A stretch of DNA of 46,953 bases from a virus (lineage: Duplodnaviria; Caudoviricetes), in the IMG/VR virus record IMGVR_UViG_3300032083_003244, positions 1-46,953 of that record; one strand, written 5' to 3'. The notes under the pieces were generated by a model. The model made no database searches, was not told the DNA's origin, and was given only the letters and a program-made list of their open reading frames with translations. Positions 36,896 to 45,981 of the stretch are shown in pieces; the first letter of the stretch is position 1, and the number at the start of each line of letters is the position of its first letter. Made by a program: the position numbers and the translations under genes.

Positions 36896-37123
36896 TTATT
36901 CTTCGTTTCCCGTTACTTTGATTTGGATAAGTGGGTTGCCTTCCTTATCAAACTCCTTCTCATTAGGGATCTGCTCGAACTCGAACAAGCATTTTGATAC
37001 AGGGCATGGTGCGCTACCTCTTACCTCCGTGAGCTGTTCAAGAGAAAGCTCAAGTGGCTCTCCATGATTGGGACAACGTGGAACTTTATCCTTGTCATCT
37101 TGACCTAGCGTTTGTTTCTTCAT
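36896..37123 (-). CDS. Small Cys/His protein
   Basis: CPNH...CPVSKC. Confidence 0.6.
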   Translation of the reverse strand: MKKQTLGQDDKDKVPRCPNHGEPLELSLEQLTEVRGSAPCPVSKCLFEFEQIPNEKEFDKEGNPLIQIKVTGNEE

Positions 37124-37124
37124 A

Positions 37125-38978
37125 TTAGGCTGCTGCCGTTGTGGCTTCTACTGTGCGAGTAATATCGGCTGTGGTTTTCATTTTACCTCTCGTTGTAGGT
37201 GCCTTGCTCTTCTGGTCAAAGCCCTTACGTCCATCATCCAAAGCCTTAATAGCTTCAATGAAGTGGTCTAGGCACACTTTATCGCACTCATCTGCTGCTG
37301 CCATACGTGCGGCATTAAGCACCACGTTCTTAATGAAGCCACCAGACATTTCAAACTCATCTGCAAGCGCGTCAATATCCACATCCTCTGCTAATGGCAA
37401 TTTCTTAGGAATGATGCCCTGCCAGATGCGTCTACGTTCCGTTCCATCAGGAATGGGGAAGTTGACGATCAACGAGATACGACGTTCAAGGGCTTTATCT
37501 AATTCAGCGATACGGTTGGTAGCAAGGATACAGATACCCTCGAACTTCTCTAGCTCTGAGAGCAGACAGTTGGACTCTGCCGACATGATCTGCCCCATAT
37601 TGTCACGAGACATCATCATGGAGTCACACTCGTCGAAGAACACTACCGCCTTTTTCTTGGTTGCATCCTTGAAGGCTGCCTTGAGGTTACGCTCCATCTG
37701 ACCAGGAACAGACGACTGGAGGGAGGCGGAATCGAACAGCATAAGCTCCTTGCCCATTGCCTTGGCAATCTGGTTAGCAGCGAAGGTCTTACCTGTTCCA
37801 GGTGGACCCCAGAACAACATGCTCATACCGCGTCCGTACTCAATCGTTTCTCCTAAGCCCCACGTGTTGAAGATAAGGTCTTTCTTTCCGTATTGCTTCA
37901 AGACAGCAATGATACGTTTCTTTGGTTCATCCTTGAGAATAAGACGGTCAATGTGTTCCGCCTTGATGTGAGCGGGGATGACGGGTTTCTTGCCTGTACT
38001 CTCTAGGTAATACTCGTGGGTGAAGAGCATCTGCTCGAACTCATGGATTTCGTATTCCAGATCATCTGAGTCATCATCTTCATTGAAGACGTAGTAGGTG
38101 TTAAAACCAGAACCAGGCCATTCGATTCGAACGCTGTTGTCTCCCTCTACGCTCTCAAATTTACCTACGATTGGCTCCCCATTAGTCTCCTTTACTTCTG
38201 GAAAATATGGATTGGCTAGTCCTTTATCGTATTTTCTGTTTTGTCCCTCCTTGTTCCATAGAATAACCTCTGTTCCTTTCTTCATTGCCTTAAAATCTCG
38301 CATTGACAAACGGTTCTCGTCTTTTTGAAGGTCTCCTCCCATAGAGCTATTGGTTTGTTGTGTGTTTGGTGAATTAGAATAGGTGGTGATAGATGTTACC
38401 CAACCAGTTCCAGGACTAAGCGTCGTAATTGAGGGGGCTGTTATCGTTGCTTTTAGGTTGTATATTGGGTTTCCAGGTTGGATAGGTGATGGCACAAACA
38501 AGCCACCGCTCTTCACAGTCCAGTTGGTTGTTATGTTGATAATATATGGCTTGCACGAACTTTGTGAGTGGTTAAGCTGGCTGTTTGTATAGATGATCGT
38601 ATCAGCCCCAGGCTGCAAATATCCATTGAAGTAGGAGATAAAGGGTAAAGCCACTCCTGCAATAGTACTACCAAGAATAGAAAACCTATTTGGGTCAAAA
38701 TCACTCATGTGTATGGTGATCTCTTCTCCGCTCGATTTGTGTTTGAACTCGTAATTATATAGACCAAGGACGGAGTTCTTCTTCACCTGTACCAGATACC
38801 AATCACTTACTCGAAGGCCGCCAAAGGTGGGTTCTGCCGCTAAAGGCATGTACTTCCATGTGCTGTTTTCCAGGATATGAGGCCACCAAACAGGAAACCA
38901 CATAGGCGTGGTAGCAAAACCAAATGGAGTTTGTGCGATCTGTGTGTTATCCGTTAGATCCAACAAAACCAGGGGCAT
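37125..38978 (-). CDS. AAA+ ATPase (classic AAA clade)
   Basis: GPPGTGKT, VFFDECD, ATNR..LDKALERR second region of homology, SGGFIKNVV; possible internal start at 38342. Confidence 0.9.
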   Translation of the reverse strand: MPLVLLDLTDNTQIAQTPFGFATTPMWFPVWWPHILENSTWKYMPLAAEPTFGGLRVSDWYLVQVKKNSVLGLYNYEFKHKSSGEEITIHMSDFDPNRFSILGSTIAGVALPFISYFNGYLQPGADTIIYTNSQLNHSQSSCKPYIINITTNWTVKSGGLFVPSPIQPGNPIYNLKATITAPSITTLSPGTGWVTSITTYSNSPNTQQTNSSMGGDLQKDENRLSMRDFKAMKKGTEVILWNKEGQNRKYDKGLANPYFPEVKETNGEPIVGKFESVEGDNSVRIEWPGSGFNTYYVFNEDDDSDDLEYEIHEFEQMLFTHEYYLESTGKKPVIPAHIKAEHIDRLILKDEPKKRIIAVLKQYGKKDLIFNTWGLGETIEYGRGMSMLFWGPPGTGKTFAANQIAKAMGKELMLFDSASLQSSVPGQMERNLKAAFKDATKKKAVVFFDECDSMMMSRDNMGQIMSAESNCLLSELEKFEGICILATNRIAELDKALERRISLIVNFPIPDGTERRRIWQGIIPKKLPLAEDVDIDALADEFEMSGGFIKNVVLNAARMAAADECDKVCLDHFIEAIKALDDGRKGFDQKSKAPTTRGKMKTTADITRTVEATTAAA

Positions 38979-38983
38979 AGGTT

Positions 38984-39460
38984 TTATTCCTCGTCTTCGT
39001 CTTCTAATTCAATAACTTGAACCATGATCTCACCATTATCCATCTCTTCGATGTGCATGTTGTTTCCGTAGGAGTCGAGCTGTTCGCGTACTCCAGCCCA
39101 AAACCCTTCCTGGATGTGAGACATCTTAGAAACTTCAATCTTGGTCTTGTCGCGTTGTGCTACCAGTTTCTTCCATTGAGCAACACATTCTGGTGGAAGA
39201 GGGTATTCTTCAAGAACAATGTTCCCTTCTTCGTTACGTTTCACTCCGGCAGTATTAACACCTCCATCCTTGAGAGCTTTAAGGCGTGAGCGTGCCGATG
39301 TTGGTTCTCCGCTATTAGCAATGATATTTTTCATCCTGTGAGCAGACGTATCCATAGGGTCTGTGATGAGGGCGTCTAGCTGTCTCTCGTGTGAGGTCTT
39401 CTTCTTTTTCTTTGGGATGTCATCACCGTTGAACTTGTCCATGATCTTACGTGGAGGCAT
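38984..39460 (-). CDS. Hypothetical protein
   Basis: 158 aa, CATATG start. Confidence 0.65.
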   Translation of the reverse strand: MPPRKIMDKFNGDDIPKKKKKTSHERQLDALITDPMDTSAHRMKNIIANSGEPTSARSRLKALKDGGVNTAGVKRNEEGNIVLEEYPLPPECVAQWKKLVAQRDKTKIEVSKMSHIQEGFWAGVREQLDSYGNNMHIEEMDNGEIMVQVIELEDEDEE

Positions 39461-39884
39461 ATGGGTCTTTTTCTTTAAGGTTAATTCTAGGAGTTAGCTT
39501 GGTTTCTATCGTAGCGAGTACACGTACCTCGTTTGGGATGACGCCTTCATTGACGAGGGCAAGAAACTTATCCTTATCCACCTTCTTCTCCACCGTCGTG
39601 ATGCCATCTAGGACGGTCTGTAATGGCTTAGGAAGGGCTTTACGTGCCTTGTCATAGTCAATGGACGTAGAGACAGGATTAGACACGCTCAGGGTTGCAA
39701 AACGTGTCTCAACATCCTTGCCTGAGTGCCTACATTCCTCCTTGAGAGAGGTGAGGACAGCTTCCCTGTTCTTGTTTAGGCGCTCCAGCTCATTCAGGAT
39801 CTCTCCATGAGACTCAGTGAAGTGCTGAATTTGCTCTGTATATGCGTCGTAGGCAGCAATAAGATCACTCTTCGTCATACTCAA
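39447..39884 (-). CDS. Gam/Gp157-like coiled-coil protein
   Basis: N-terminal helix, KKVDKDKFLAL segment; family call is weak. Confidence 0.45.
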   Translation of the reverse strand: MSMTKSDLIAAYDAYTEQIQHFTESHGEILNELERLNKNREAVLTSLKEECRHSGKDVETRFATLSVSNPVSTSIDYDKARKALPKPLQTVLDGITTVEKKVDKDKFLALVNEGVIPNEVRVLATIETKLTPRINLKEKDPYAST

Positions 39885-40130
39885 GAGCTGGTTTGGATGA
39901 ATCTAATTTATCGCAGGATAGGCAATATCCCCAATCAATAATTGTTTCTACTTCGGATGGTTCCTTATAGTTCGTCTTACAAACTGGGCAGGGAAGTGAG
40001 GCTGTCACTTCAATAGGCATAAAGCCGTATTATATGAATAAAACCTGGTTATTAGTTTCGGTTCGTTGGATAAAGACAGACGAATCCATCTTGTCCGAAT
40101 GAACTGTGCCACGTCACTCGATTGATAATA

Positions 40131-40173
40131 ATACTACCACAAAAAGTGGGTTTTGTCAATCCACTTATCCACA
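40131..40173 (-). promoter_or_regulatory. Sigma70-type promoter with adjacent DnaA box
   Basis: - strand TTGACA-17 nt-TAGTAT with TGn extension; TTATCCACA at 40165-40173. Confidence 0.75.
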
Positions 40174-40188
40174 ACAAAAAGAGACCAT

Positions 40189-40602
40189 TTAGGTCTCCGT
40201 CTGTACTGCTTGGGTTCTTGTGTTCTGGGATTTCTTTTTAACACGCTTGAGTTGTTCCTGCAACAAAATCTTGTGTTCCTGCCAATCAAATTTGGTCTTG
40301 TTGATGGTGTTGGCTGCCAACTTGAGCTTGGCGAGCCTAGCCTTGGGGAGTTTCCATTCCAACCATTCATGTGCCTCGACCGGACTACGGTGCCACCAAT
40401 AGAGGTGACAGCCCATACAGAGAAATTTCAGGTTATCAGGTTCGTACTCCATGCGCCTATGTTTCCCCTTGGGGTAGATATGGCTCATGTGCAACACCTC
40501 TGTCTTGCCACAACGTAGGCACTTCTCACCATCACGAGCAACAAGAATCTGTCGGATGACTCCATACAACTCTTTGGATTGTTTAGGTGTCATCTTGGGC
40601 AT
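40189..40602 (-). CDS. NinG/Rap-like HNH nuclease
   Basis: RD...CLRCG...HMSHIYPKG...EPDNLKFLCMGCH. Confidence 0.75.
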   Translation of the reverse strand: MPKMTPKQSKELYGVIRQILVARDGEKCLRCGKTEVLHMSHIYPKGKHRRMEYEPDNLKFLCMGCHLYWWHRSPVEAHEWLEWKLPKARLAKLKLAANTINKTKFDWQEHKILLQEQLKRVKKKSQNTRTQAVQTET

Positions 40603-40614
40603 AAGCCCATTCTA

Positions 40615-40815
40615 TCACAACAAGCCTAAACGTCTGAGCCTATCTATGGTGCTTTCTGCTTCTGGTGAGCGCATGTGTGCAGCAAGGTCTTGATCTTTGA
40701 CATCATACTTCTTGCAAAACTCGGTAACAAACGGAACAACGGGCGCTCCTGTCTTGAGGTAGTTCACGATAAGACCAAACATCTTCTTATCGGCTGCATT
40801 GGTTATCTGTTTCAT
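40615..40815 (-). CDS. Hypothetical protein
   Basis: 66 aa, CCTATG start. Confidence 0.6.
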   Translation of the reverse strand: MKQITNAADKKMFGLIVNYLKTGAPVVPFVTEFCKKYDVKDQDLAAHMRSPEAESTIDRLRRLGLL

Positions 40816-40818
40816 AGG

Positions 40819-41202
40819 TTATAAATGGATTTCATTATGACACGTAACACAAAGAGCGAGTACATCTTCTTCAAGTTCACACCCCCATCTTTCATAGGTG
40901 AGATGGTGGATGTGTAATGGTTTTGTTTTCTTAAAACAATTCTCACAAAACCCATCTGAACGAATGAGGATTCGTCTACGAAAGGCTAACCATCTTTCTG
41001 ATTTTAAGTAGATTTCATGTGCCTCAAAGAAGGAAGAACGATCAACCCAATCGCCACGCAATATACGGTTCGTTATTCGTTTTATACGTTTGTGTCTTTT
41101 TTGCTTTTTAGTTAAGAGTCTTTTCTTTTTGTGTTGTCTCTCCTGGTTCTCAACCTCCTTCTCTTTCCCTAAACCTCTCAAACTTTCCCATTTAGTTTGC
41201 AT
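40819..41202 (-). CDS. HNH endonuclease
   Basis: YLKSERW...CENC...HIHHLTYERWGCE...LCVTCHNEIH. Confidence 0.85.
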   Translation of the reverse strand: MQTKWESLRGLGKEKEVENQERQHKKKRLLTKKQKRHKRIKRITNRILRGDWVDRSSFFEAHEIYLKSERWLAFRRRILIRSDGFCENCFKKTKPLHIHHLTYERWGCELEEDVLALCVTCHNEIHL

Positions 41203-41500
41203 ATTTGCTTGTTAGATTTGAGCCGATGGCTCCAGGGAAATACCCCCCTTTCCCCCCTCTTTTGAAGGGTGGATATGTTAGACGCTCTCTTTGTCCCTTT
41301 CCTTGGGAGAGAGTAGGCAAACTTAGTTCGTGGAGGCCATAGGTCACTCCCTCACGTCGTGCCTTTTAATCTTCTACGTTATTCTTTCTGCCCGTTGAGT
41401 TCTCGCCAGACGGTCAGACCTTCTTATTCGCGTGATTCTCACCCTTCACGCCCAAGCCAAGGTTGCTCGATACCTAGGGGGATTACTCCTAACCACAACG

Positions 41501-41524
41501 CAAAAACCCATCCGAAGATGGGTT
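41501..41524 (-). terminator. Rho-independent terminator
   Basis: - strand AACCCATC-TTCG-GATGGGTT-TTTG. Confidence 0.6.
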
Positions 41525-41638
41525 AATACGAAAAGTTGGAGGAACATTGACCGCTCCCGCTAGGTTGTACAAGTATTGAAACATAGAAAGAGGTTCAATG
41601 TAAAGCCTCCAACTTTCAAATGGGGCTTGCACATGACA

Positions 41639-41869
41639 TTACGCTGGCTGTGTCGCCTTGGCAAGATGTTGCGCTCTCAAAGTTTCTAACTCTTTCATAA
41701 TCACGGCGTTTCCTGCGTTTATCAACTCTTCGTCTGTGTAAAGATCGCTCTTTCCAGTAAAAACCTGGATGGATAGCATGATGTGGCATGACATACAACA
41801 ACAATGACCACCACCTACCTGCTCATGTTTCTTGAACACCGCCTCAATATCTCTTAGATATTTAATCAT
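41639..41869 (-). CDS. Hypothetical protein
   Basis: CATATG start at 41869. Confidence 0.5.
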   Translation of the reverse strand: MIKYLRDIEAVFKKHEQVGGGHCCCMSCHIMLSIQVFTGKSDLYTDEELINAGNAVIMKELETLRAQHLAKATQPA

Positions 41870-41974
41870 ATGGTTAGCCTTTGTTGGCCTCATTCTTGAA
41901 GTAGCATTTATCGTGATAATACCGAATATTCCAACGGTTCTTGACCTCACTCCAGCGTTCAGCCGTTATGCAGC

Positions 41975-42556
41975 CTACTCGTCTGGTAATGATTTTCCCA
42001 CAGTCGGCGCAATGGGGTTGTATTGTACAATCCACCCGTTTAGGCTCAGCTCGTCTGATGCCTTTGCCAGGATTCGGAACCTTTCCTTTAGCTTTTTTCT
42101 GTCCCCCTTGTAGTCCTGTAGGTCTACTTTTCGTTCCCCCTTTAACAACCTTCTTAACACGTCCTCCGTTCTTGATGGCTTTCCCGCTAGTCTTTCGCAT
42201 AGGTGATAGTAGAGAGTGTGAAGCGATCTTTTTAGGTACACTCGTTTGAATGTCTTAGGAAGACCATCTTCACAGAAAAATAATTTATTCTCTCCTACAA
42301 TATACCTCCGAAATTCATCTGTTGTCAGGTGGCTCTTGTTCTTGTTGCACTTATAACATGCTGCCACCAAATTGGCAGGGCCGTCTGTTCCTCCTAATTT
42401 GATAGGGAAGATGTGGTCAACCGTGGACGCGCGCGGGACTCCGCAATATGCACAATGCCCGTTTGTTCTTGCCAATGCTTCCCTCCATGCATCCTCTCCT
42501 ATTCGTATTCTCAGGGGGATAGCCCTCTCTACGTAGATGGTCTGCTTACGAGACAT
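41975..42556 (-). CDS. HNH endonuclease (McrA-like)
   Basis: CAYCG...TVDHIFP...GG....NLVAACYKCNKNK. Confidence 0.85.
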   Translation of the reverse strand: MSRKQTIYVERAIPLRIRIGEDAWREALARTNGHCAYCGVPRASTVDHIFPIKLGGTDGPANLVAACYKCNKNKSHLTTDEFRRYIVGENKLFFCEDGLPKTFKRVYLKRSLHTLYYHLCERLAGKPSRTEDVLRRLLKGERKVDLQDYKGDRKKLKERFRILAKASDELSLNGWIVQYNPIAPTVGKSLPDE

Positions 42557-42575
42557 ATAGTATAATATTTTGCAT

Positions 42576-42656
42576 GTGGGTGTAGCTCAACAGGCAGAGC
42601 GCTGGGGTTTATTCGCCCCAGGTCTAGAGATGGTTCGAGTCCATCCATCCACGCCA
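42576..42656 (+). tRNA. tRNA-like gene with non-canonical anticodon arm (identity undetermined)
   Basis: Acceptor GTGGGTG/CATCCAC-G-CCA, D-arm GCTC/GAGC, T-arm GATGG-TTCGAGT-CCATC; anticodon arm CTGGGG-TTTATTCG-CCCCAG; TATAAT at 42561-42566. Confidence 0.7.
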
Positions 42657-42667
42657 GGGAGGGAGAT

Positions 42668-42868
42668 ATGAGAGTCAAATGGAACAAGGAAGGAAAGTTC
42701 GTGACCCTGCCGGACATGTCCAACGCAGGGATGCCCGCGCTCCGTCTACTCGCACATCATGCGCCTCGGCAGATGTTCGCGTGCGTAGATGGATCAAACA
42801 CCGTTCTCGTTCCGCTAGGAGAACTTAACCTCGACCACGACAGTATCACATCTGCCAACACCCACTAA
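42668..42868 (+). CDS. Small hypothetical protein after the tRNA-like gene
   Basis: 66 aa; preceded by GGAGG, one of few SD-like starts. Confidence 0.45.
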   Translation: MRVKWNKEGKFVTLPDMSNAGMPALRLLAHHAPRQMFACVDGSNTVLVPLGELNLDHDSITSANTH

Positions 42869-42871
42869 AAC

Positions 42872-43351
42872 TTACGCCACTCTCTTAGAGGTCTTAACAG
42901 CCTCTTTTCCTTTTTTAATAGGCACCCCTTTTCGAGCTAGCGCGTCCTCAATGTACTTTTTCTCAAACCCATTAAGAATCTTTTTATACTTGCCGTAGAG
43001 ACTAATATCTTGATTATCCAGAATCTCCTTCATAAGGATATTTTTAACGGCGCTTCGGTCGCTCGTATGCTCGCGTGGGATCAGCTTAGTATCCTCCAAC
43101 ATAGAGCTAATATCCTCAACGGTCTTGGCGTCGTACATGACAACCGACCATGTTCCTTTCTTGAATAGCTCAGGGTTGTCCCGTTTAAGGGTATTAAGAG
43201 CATTTTCTTCCGCACCCTCAAGGGAAAACTCGACGCACATATGCATAAACCGCTTCCCTTCGTTTTCAAGGTAGATGGAATAAAGGCTTGGCTTGACGAG
43301 TTTGGTCTTGAGTCCGGACATTATGCGGAGGTCTGAAATGGGGTTAGTCAT
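42872..43351 (-). CDS. Hypothetical protein
   Basis: 159 aa, CCTATG start. Confidence 0.7.
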   Translation of the reverse strand: MTNPISDLRIMSGLKTKLVKPSLYSIYLENEGKRFMHMCVEFSLEGAEENALNTLKRDNPELFKKGTWSVVMYDAKTVEDISSMLEDTKLIPREHTSDRSAVKNILMKEILDNQDISLYGKYKKILNGFEKKYIEDALARKGVPIKKGKEAVKTSKRVA

Positions 43352-43355
43352 AGGT

Positions 43356-43724
43356 TTAAAGGTTCGCTAGGTCTTCTAATAAATCTAGGGGGTTCTTGGC
43401 GGCTATCTGCTCTTTCTCCTGTTCTTGTTTACGCTTTAGCATTTCTTGCCTTATTCTAAGGCGCTTGGTCTTCTTGTAGACCTTTCTAATCTTTTGTAGG
43501 GGCTTAAACTTGATCGTCTGGCCTAGGATACCCTCAAAAGGGGATGGACGTGCTTGCACCCTCACATCAGCCAATAAACCACGCTTACGCAACCGCCATA
43601 GAGTTTGGCGGATGGTTCCAGGCTTAACCTGGATTATATGCGCTATGTCCTTTGATTTCATGCCCTTATAGTATAGTTCTACGATTTTTCTTGCCTGTTC
43701 AAAATGTATGACGCTTTGAGCCAT
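43356..43724 (-). CDS. HTH DNA-binding protein (sigma region 4-like)
   Basis: LYYKGMKSKDIAHIIQVKPGTIRQTLWRLR. Confidence 0.7.
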   Translation of the reverse strand: MAQSVIHFEQARKIVELYYKGMKSKDIAHIIQVKPGTIRQTLWRLRKRGLLADVRVQARPSPFEGILGQTIKFKPLQKIRKVYKKTKRLRIRQEMLKRKQEQEKEQIAAKNPLDLLEDLANL

Positions 43725-44047
43725 AAAATACCGCTTAAAGGATAAATTACCTGTTTTTACATCATATATAATCAATGTTCTTAATGATGTGACGTTTTGT
43801 CTACACTTGGCTAGCTATTCTTGCCTGTATCACGTGAGTTTGTATCGTCTGGGTTGGCTAACGTGATAGCGTTGGGATTGATAATGCGGAGTATTGTCCT
43901 CAGTTCGTTCTTGATACGTTGTTCCCTTTCTTTTTTTATCTGTCGTTCTGTCTTCTGGTTTTCGTTGTTCATATCATAGAAGCCAAAAAGCAGGGTGTTG
44001 ACCTGCTGATTGAGTTAGATTGTATGAGTTATGTGGATTGTGTGAGC

Positions 44048-44479
44048 CTAAAAAGCTGATACAACCCCAGCCGCGCGCATTTTATTCGTTCCCAGAACAT
44101 CCCAGTTAGTATCTCCATCTGGGTATTCTGCATCTTGCAGTCCTTCGCTTTCCTCGCAAGCATTATAAAACTCATTGCAAGCCTGTATAAACCCCTCTAT
44201 CCGTTCTTTTGCATAGGCATACTTCACACGGTTGAATGGTGAATGGCAGATAGACCCGCGCAAGCCACCGCCCATATAATTGCAGAATACCCCAGTTTTG
44301 CTAGGCAAACAGCTAGATATCTCTTCTACTTTTTCTGTCCCCTTCTCCTCAAATAATGCCAAGCACAACTCATAGCTATCAATCCCACATGATCCCCCAC
44401 GATAGCCTATATCATAGGCTATTTTTCCTTTTGCCATGAGCCTAGAAAAGGTATCACGTCCTATTTTGTGGTTGTTCAT
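44048..44479 (-). CDS. Early hypothetical protein
   Basis: 143 aa, NYMGGGLRGSI motif. Confidence 0.7.
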   Translation of the reverse strand: MNNHKIGRDTFSRLMAKGKIAYDIGYRGGSCGIDSYELCLALFEEKGTEKVEEISSCLPSKTGVFCNYMGGGLRGSICHSPFNRVKYAYAKERIEGFIQACNEFYNACEESEGLQDAEYPDGDTNWDVLGTNKMRAAGVVSAF

Positions 44480-44493
44480 ATATATGATGGTTG

Positions 44494-44775
44494 TTAGGCT
44501 TGAATAAAAGCAACGTTTGAGTCAATAATCTCCAGCATTACCGCGTCTTGGTGTAACTTCTTCGCTAATTCCTTGGCTAATCTCGTTAGGATGGCGGGGT
44601 TTTCATCCGTTACAACCTCAACCTTGAGCGTCCTTTCCTTGCATCCCTTCCAATACCCGACAACTTCCGACGTTGTAAAGCCATCAAAATGAGCCGCTAC
44701 CGTTTTTTCAATGATGGCAACTTCTAACTTCTTTGTTTTGTTGTTTGAACCAACGTAGAAAAAGGCTTTTTTCAT
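44494..44775 (-). CDS. Putative SAM lyase/DUF3574-like small protein
   Basis: FDGFT...GYWKG..E.TLKVEV...LAK.L...LHQDAVM resembles the E/Q pattern of T3 SAMase. Confidence 0.45.
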   Translation of the reverse strand: MKKAFFYVGSNNKTKKLEVAIIEKTVAAHFDGFTTSEVVGYWKGCKERTLKVEVVTDENPAILTRLAKELAKKLHQDAVMLEIIDSNVAFIQA

Positions 44776-44779
44776 ATTT

Positions 44780-45148
44780 TTAAGGCTTGAATGAGTTAAT
44801 CGAATAATCCCCGTCTTCGCCGCAAGTACCATGGTAGGATTGAGGGGGAAGAATAGGAATAAAGGTAGGTTGTCCGTCCCATTGTTGACCGTTCAAGTAC
44901 CATAAGCCCTTACGCTGGGAAATGGATACACCAGGGATAGCATTGAGACGTTCTTTTGTAGTGTTTGTTAGCCATCCACAAGCCTCGATACAGAAGCCCT
45001 CTAAATCGTGATTACCGACGTTCTTTTCATGCCAGGCAATAGGGTTGCCGTGTAGGTATAACGTTTCTCCATCCGTTGACGTATTCCCTATTTTCTTCTC
45101 CTGTTTATTGAGAAATGCACCTACTACGATATCTGTTACTTTTCGCAT
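44780..45148 (-). CDS. Early phage protein
   Basis: LYLHGNPIA...CGWLTNTTKERLNAI motif. Confidence 0.7.
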   Translation of the reverse strand: MRKVTDIVVGAFLNKQEKKIGNTSTDGETLYLHGNPIAWHEKNVGNHDLEGFCIEACGWLTNTTKERLNAIPGVSISQRKGLWYLNGQQWDGQPTFIPILPPQSYHGTCGEDGDYSINSFKP

Positions 45149-45190
45149 ATTTATGCTAAGGTTAGCTAAGAATTAGGCTCAACATCCTAT

Positions 45191-45448
45191 CTATTCTAAA
45201 GGCTTAAACGTGGTTGAAAGGATGGAATAGCCGTCTCGCGTTTCTGCAACACCCACAAGGTCAAAATCTTGGTCTATAAGATAGTCTGCCGCAATTTCCC
45301 AAGCAGAATTCCTTGAGTAATTCCAGTCTGCCTTGACCTTGCTCTTAAAGCGTTCCGACGTTATAAGGACGTATGACCCTCTACTATCCGTAGCGCCCAT
45401 ATATACAACACTAAGTTGATGCAGGGTTTTTAGATCATGTTTATGCAT
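45191..45448 (-). CDS. Early phage protein
   Basis: YMGATDSRGS motif, 85 aa. Confidence 0.65.
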   Translation of the reverse strand: MHKHDLKTLHQLSVVYMGATDSRGSYVLITSERFKSKVKADWNYSRNSAWEIAADYLIDQDFDLVGVAETRDGYSILSTTFKPLE

Positions 45449-45452
45449 AGGT

Positions 45453-45764
45453 TTAGAGCTGGCGAAAGTAATAGCCCATTATATTCGTATAATCCATCAT
45501 CAATTCACGCGCGGCATACTCCCAATCAATGCAATAATGAGGCCACGCGGTACTATTAGGCATCGTTCCCGTTTCTTCCGCCATATAACGTGCAAAATCC
45601 TCGTCACTGTCATGCTGTCCGCTGTAACTCTCTTCAAGATCACTAAAATCCGTGTCTCCTGTTTGATCCGCGTATTCCTCGGCTACATCAAGGGGAATGT
45701 TAACGCCTGTATTAGATAATGCCTCCTTTTGGTCTTCTGTAAGGGTATTTTCCACGGTTTCCAT
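45453..45764 (-). CDS. ardA: ArdA-like anti-restriction protein (short, acidic)
   Basis: ESYSGQHDSDEDFARY...YCIDWEYAARELMMDY...GYYFR matches ArdA C-terminal domains; strongly acidic. Confidence 0.8.
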   Translation of the reverse strand: METVENTLTEDQKEALSNTGVNIPLDVAEEYADQTGDTDFSDLEESYSGQHDSDEDFARYMAEETGTMPNSTAWPHYCIDWEYAARELMMDYTNIMGYYFRQL

Positions 45765-45771
45765 ATATTTC

Positions 45772-45954
45772 TTATTTAAGATTAAACTCAATCAATGCTT
45801 CTAGGGTATCGTCCCAATTATCCATCAACGCTTCCCCTAATCTACGCGCAAAGCGTTCCATTTGACCGTCCGTTAGTTCGTCGCGCTTCTTCTCAGACAG
45901 ATAGGGCGCTAAATCGTCCCTATGTAGCCTGATAACGTTAAAATATTCCGTCAT
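45772..45954 (-). CDS. Small acidic early protein
   Basis: 60 aa, ACTATG start. Confidence 0.6.
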   Translation of the reverse strand: MTEYFNVIRLHRDDLAPYLSEKKRDELTDGQMERFARRLGEALMDNWDDTLEALIEFNLK

Positions 45955-45981
45955 AGTTTATGGTTTATAGTGAATTATGTA

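Noticed and set aside
41061-41086. Possible self-target of the array unit at 31851 (ATAAAACGA half matches on the - strand)
   Set aside because: The second half matches only 5 of 9 positions; one 9-mer hit among 40 spacers in 47 kb is expected by chance.
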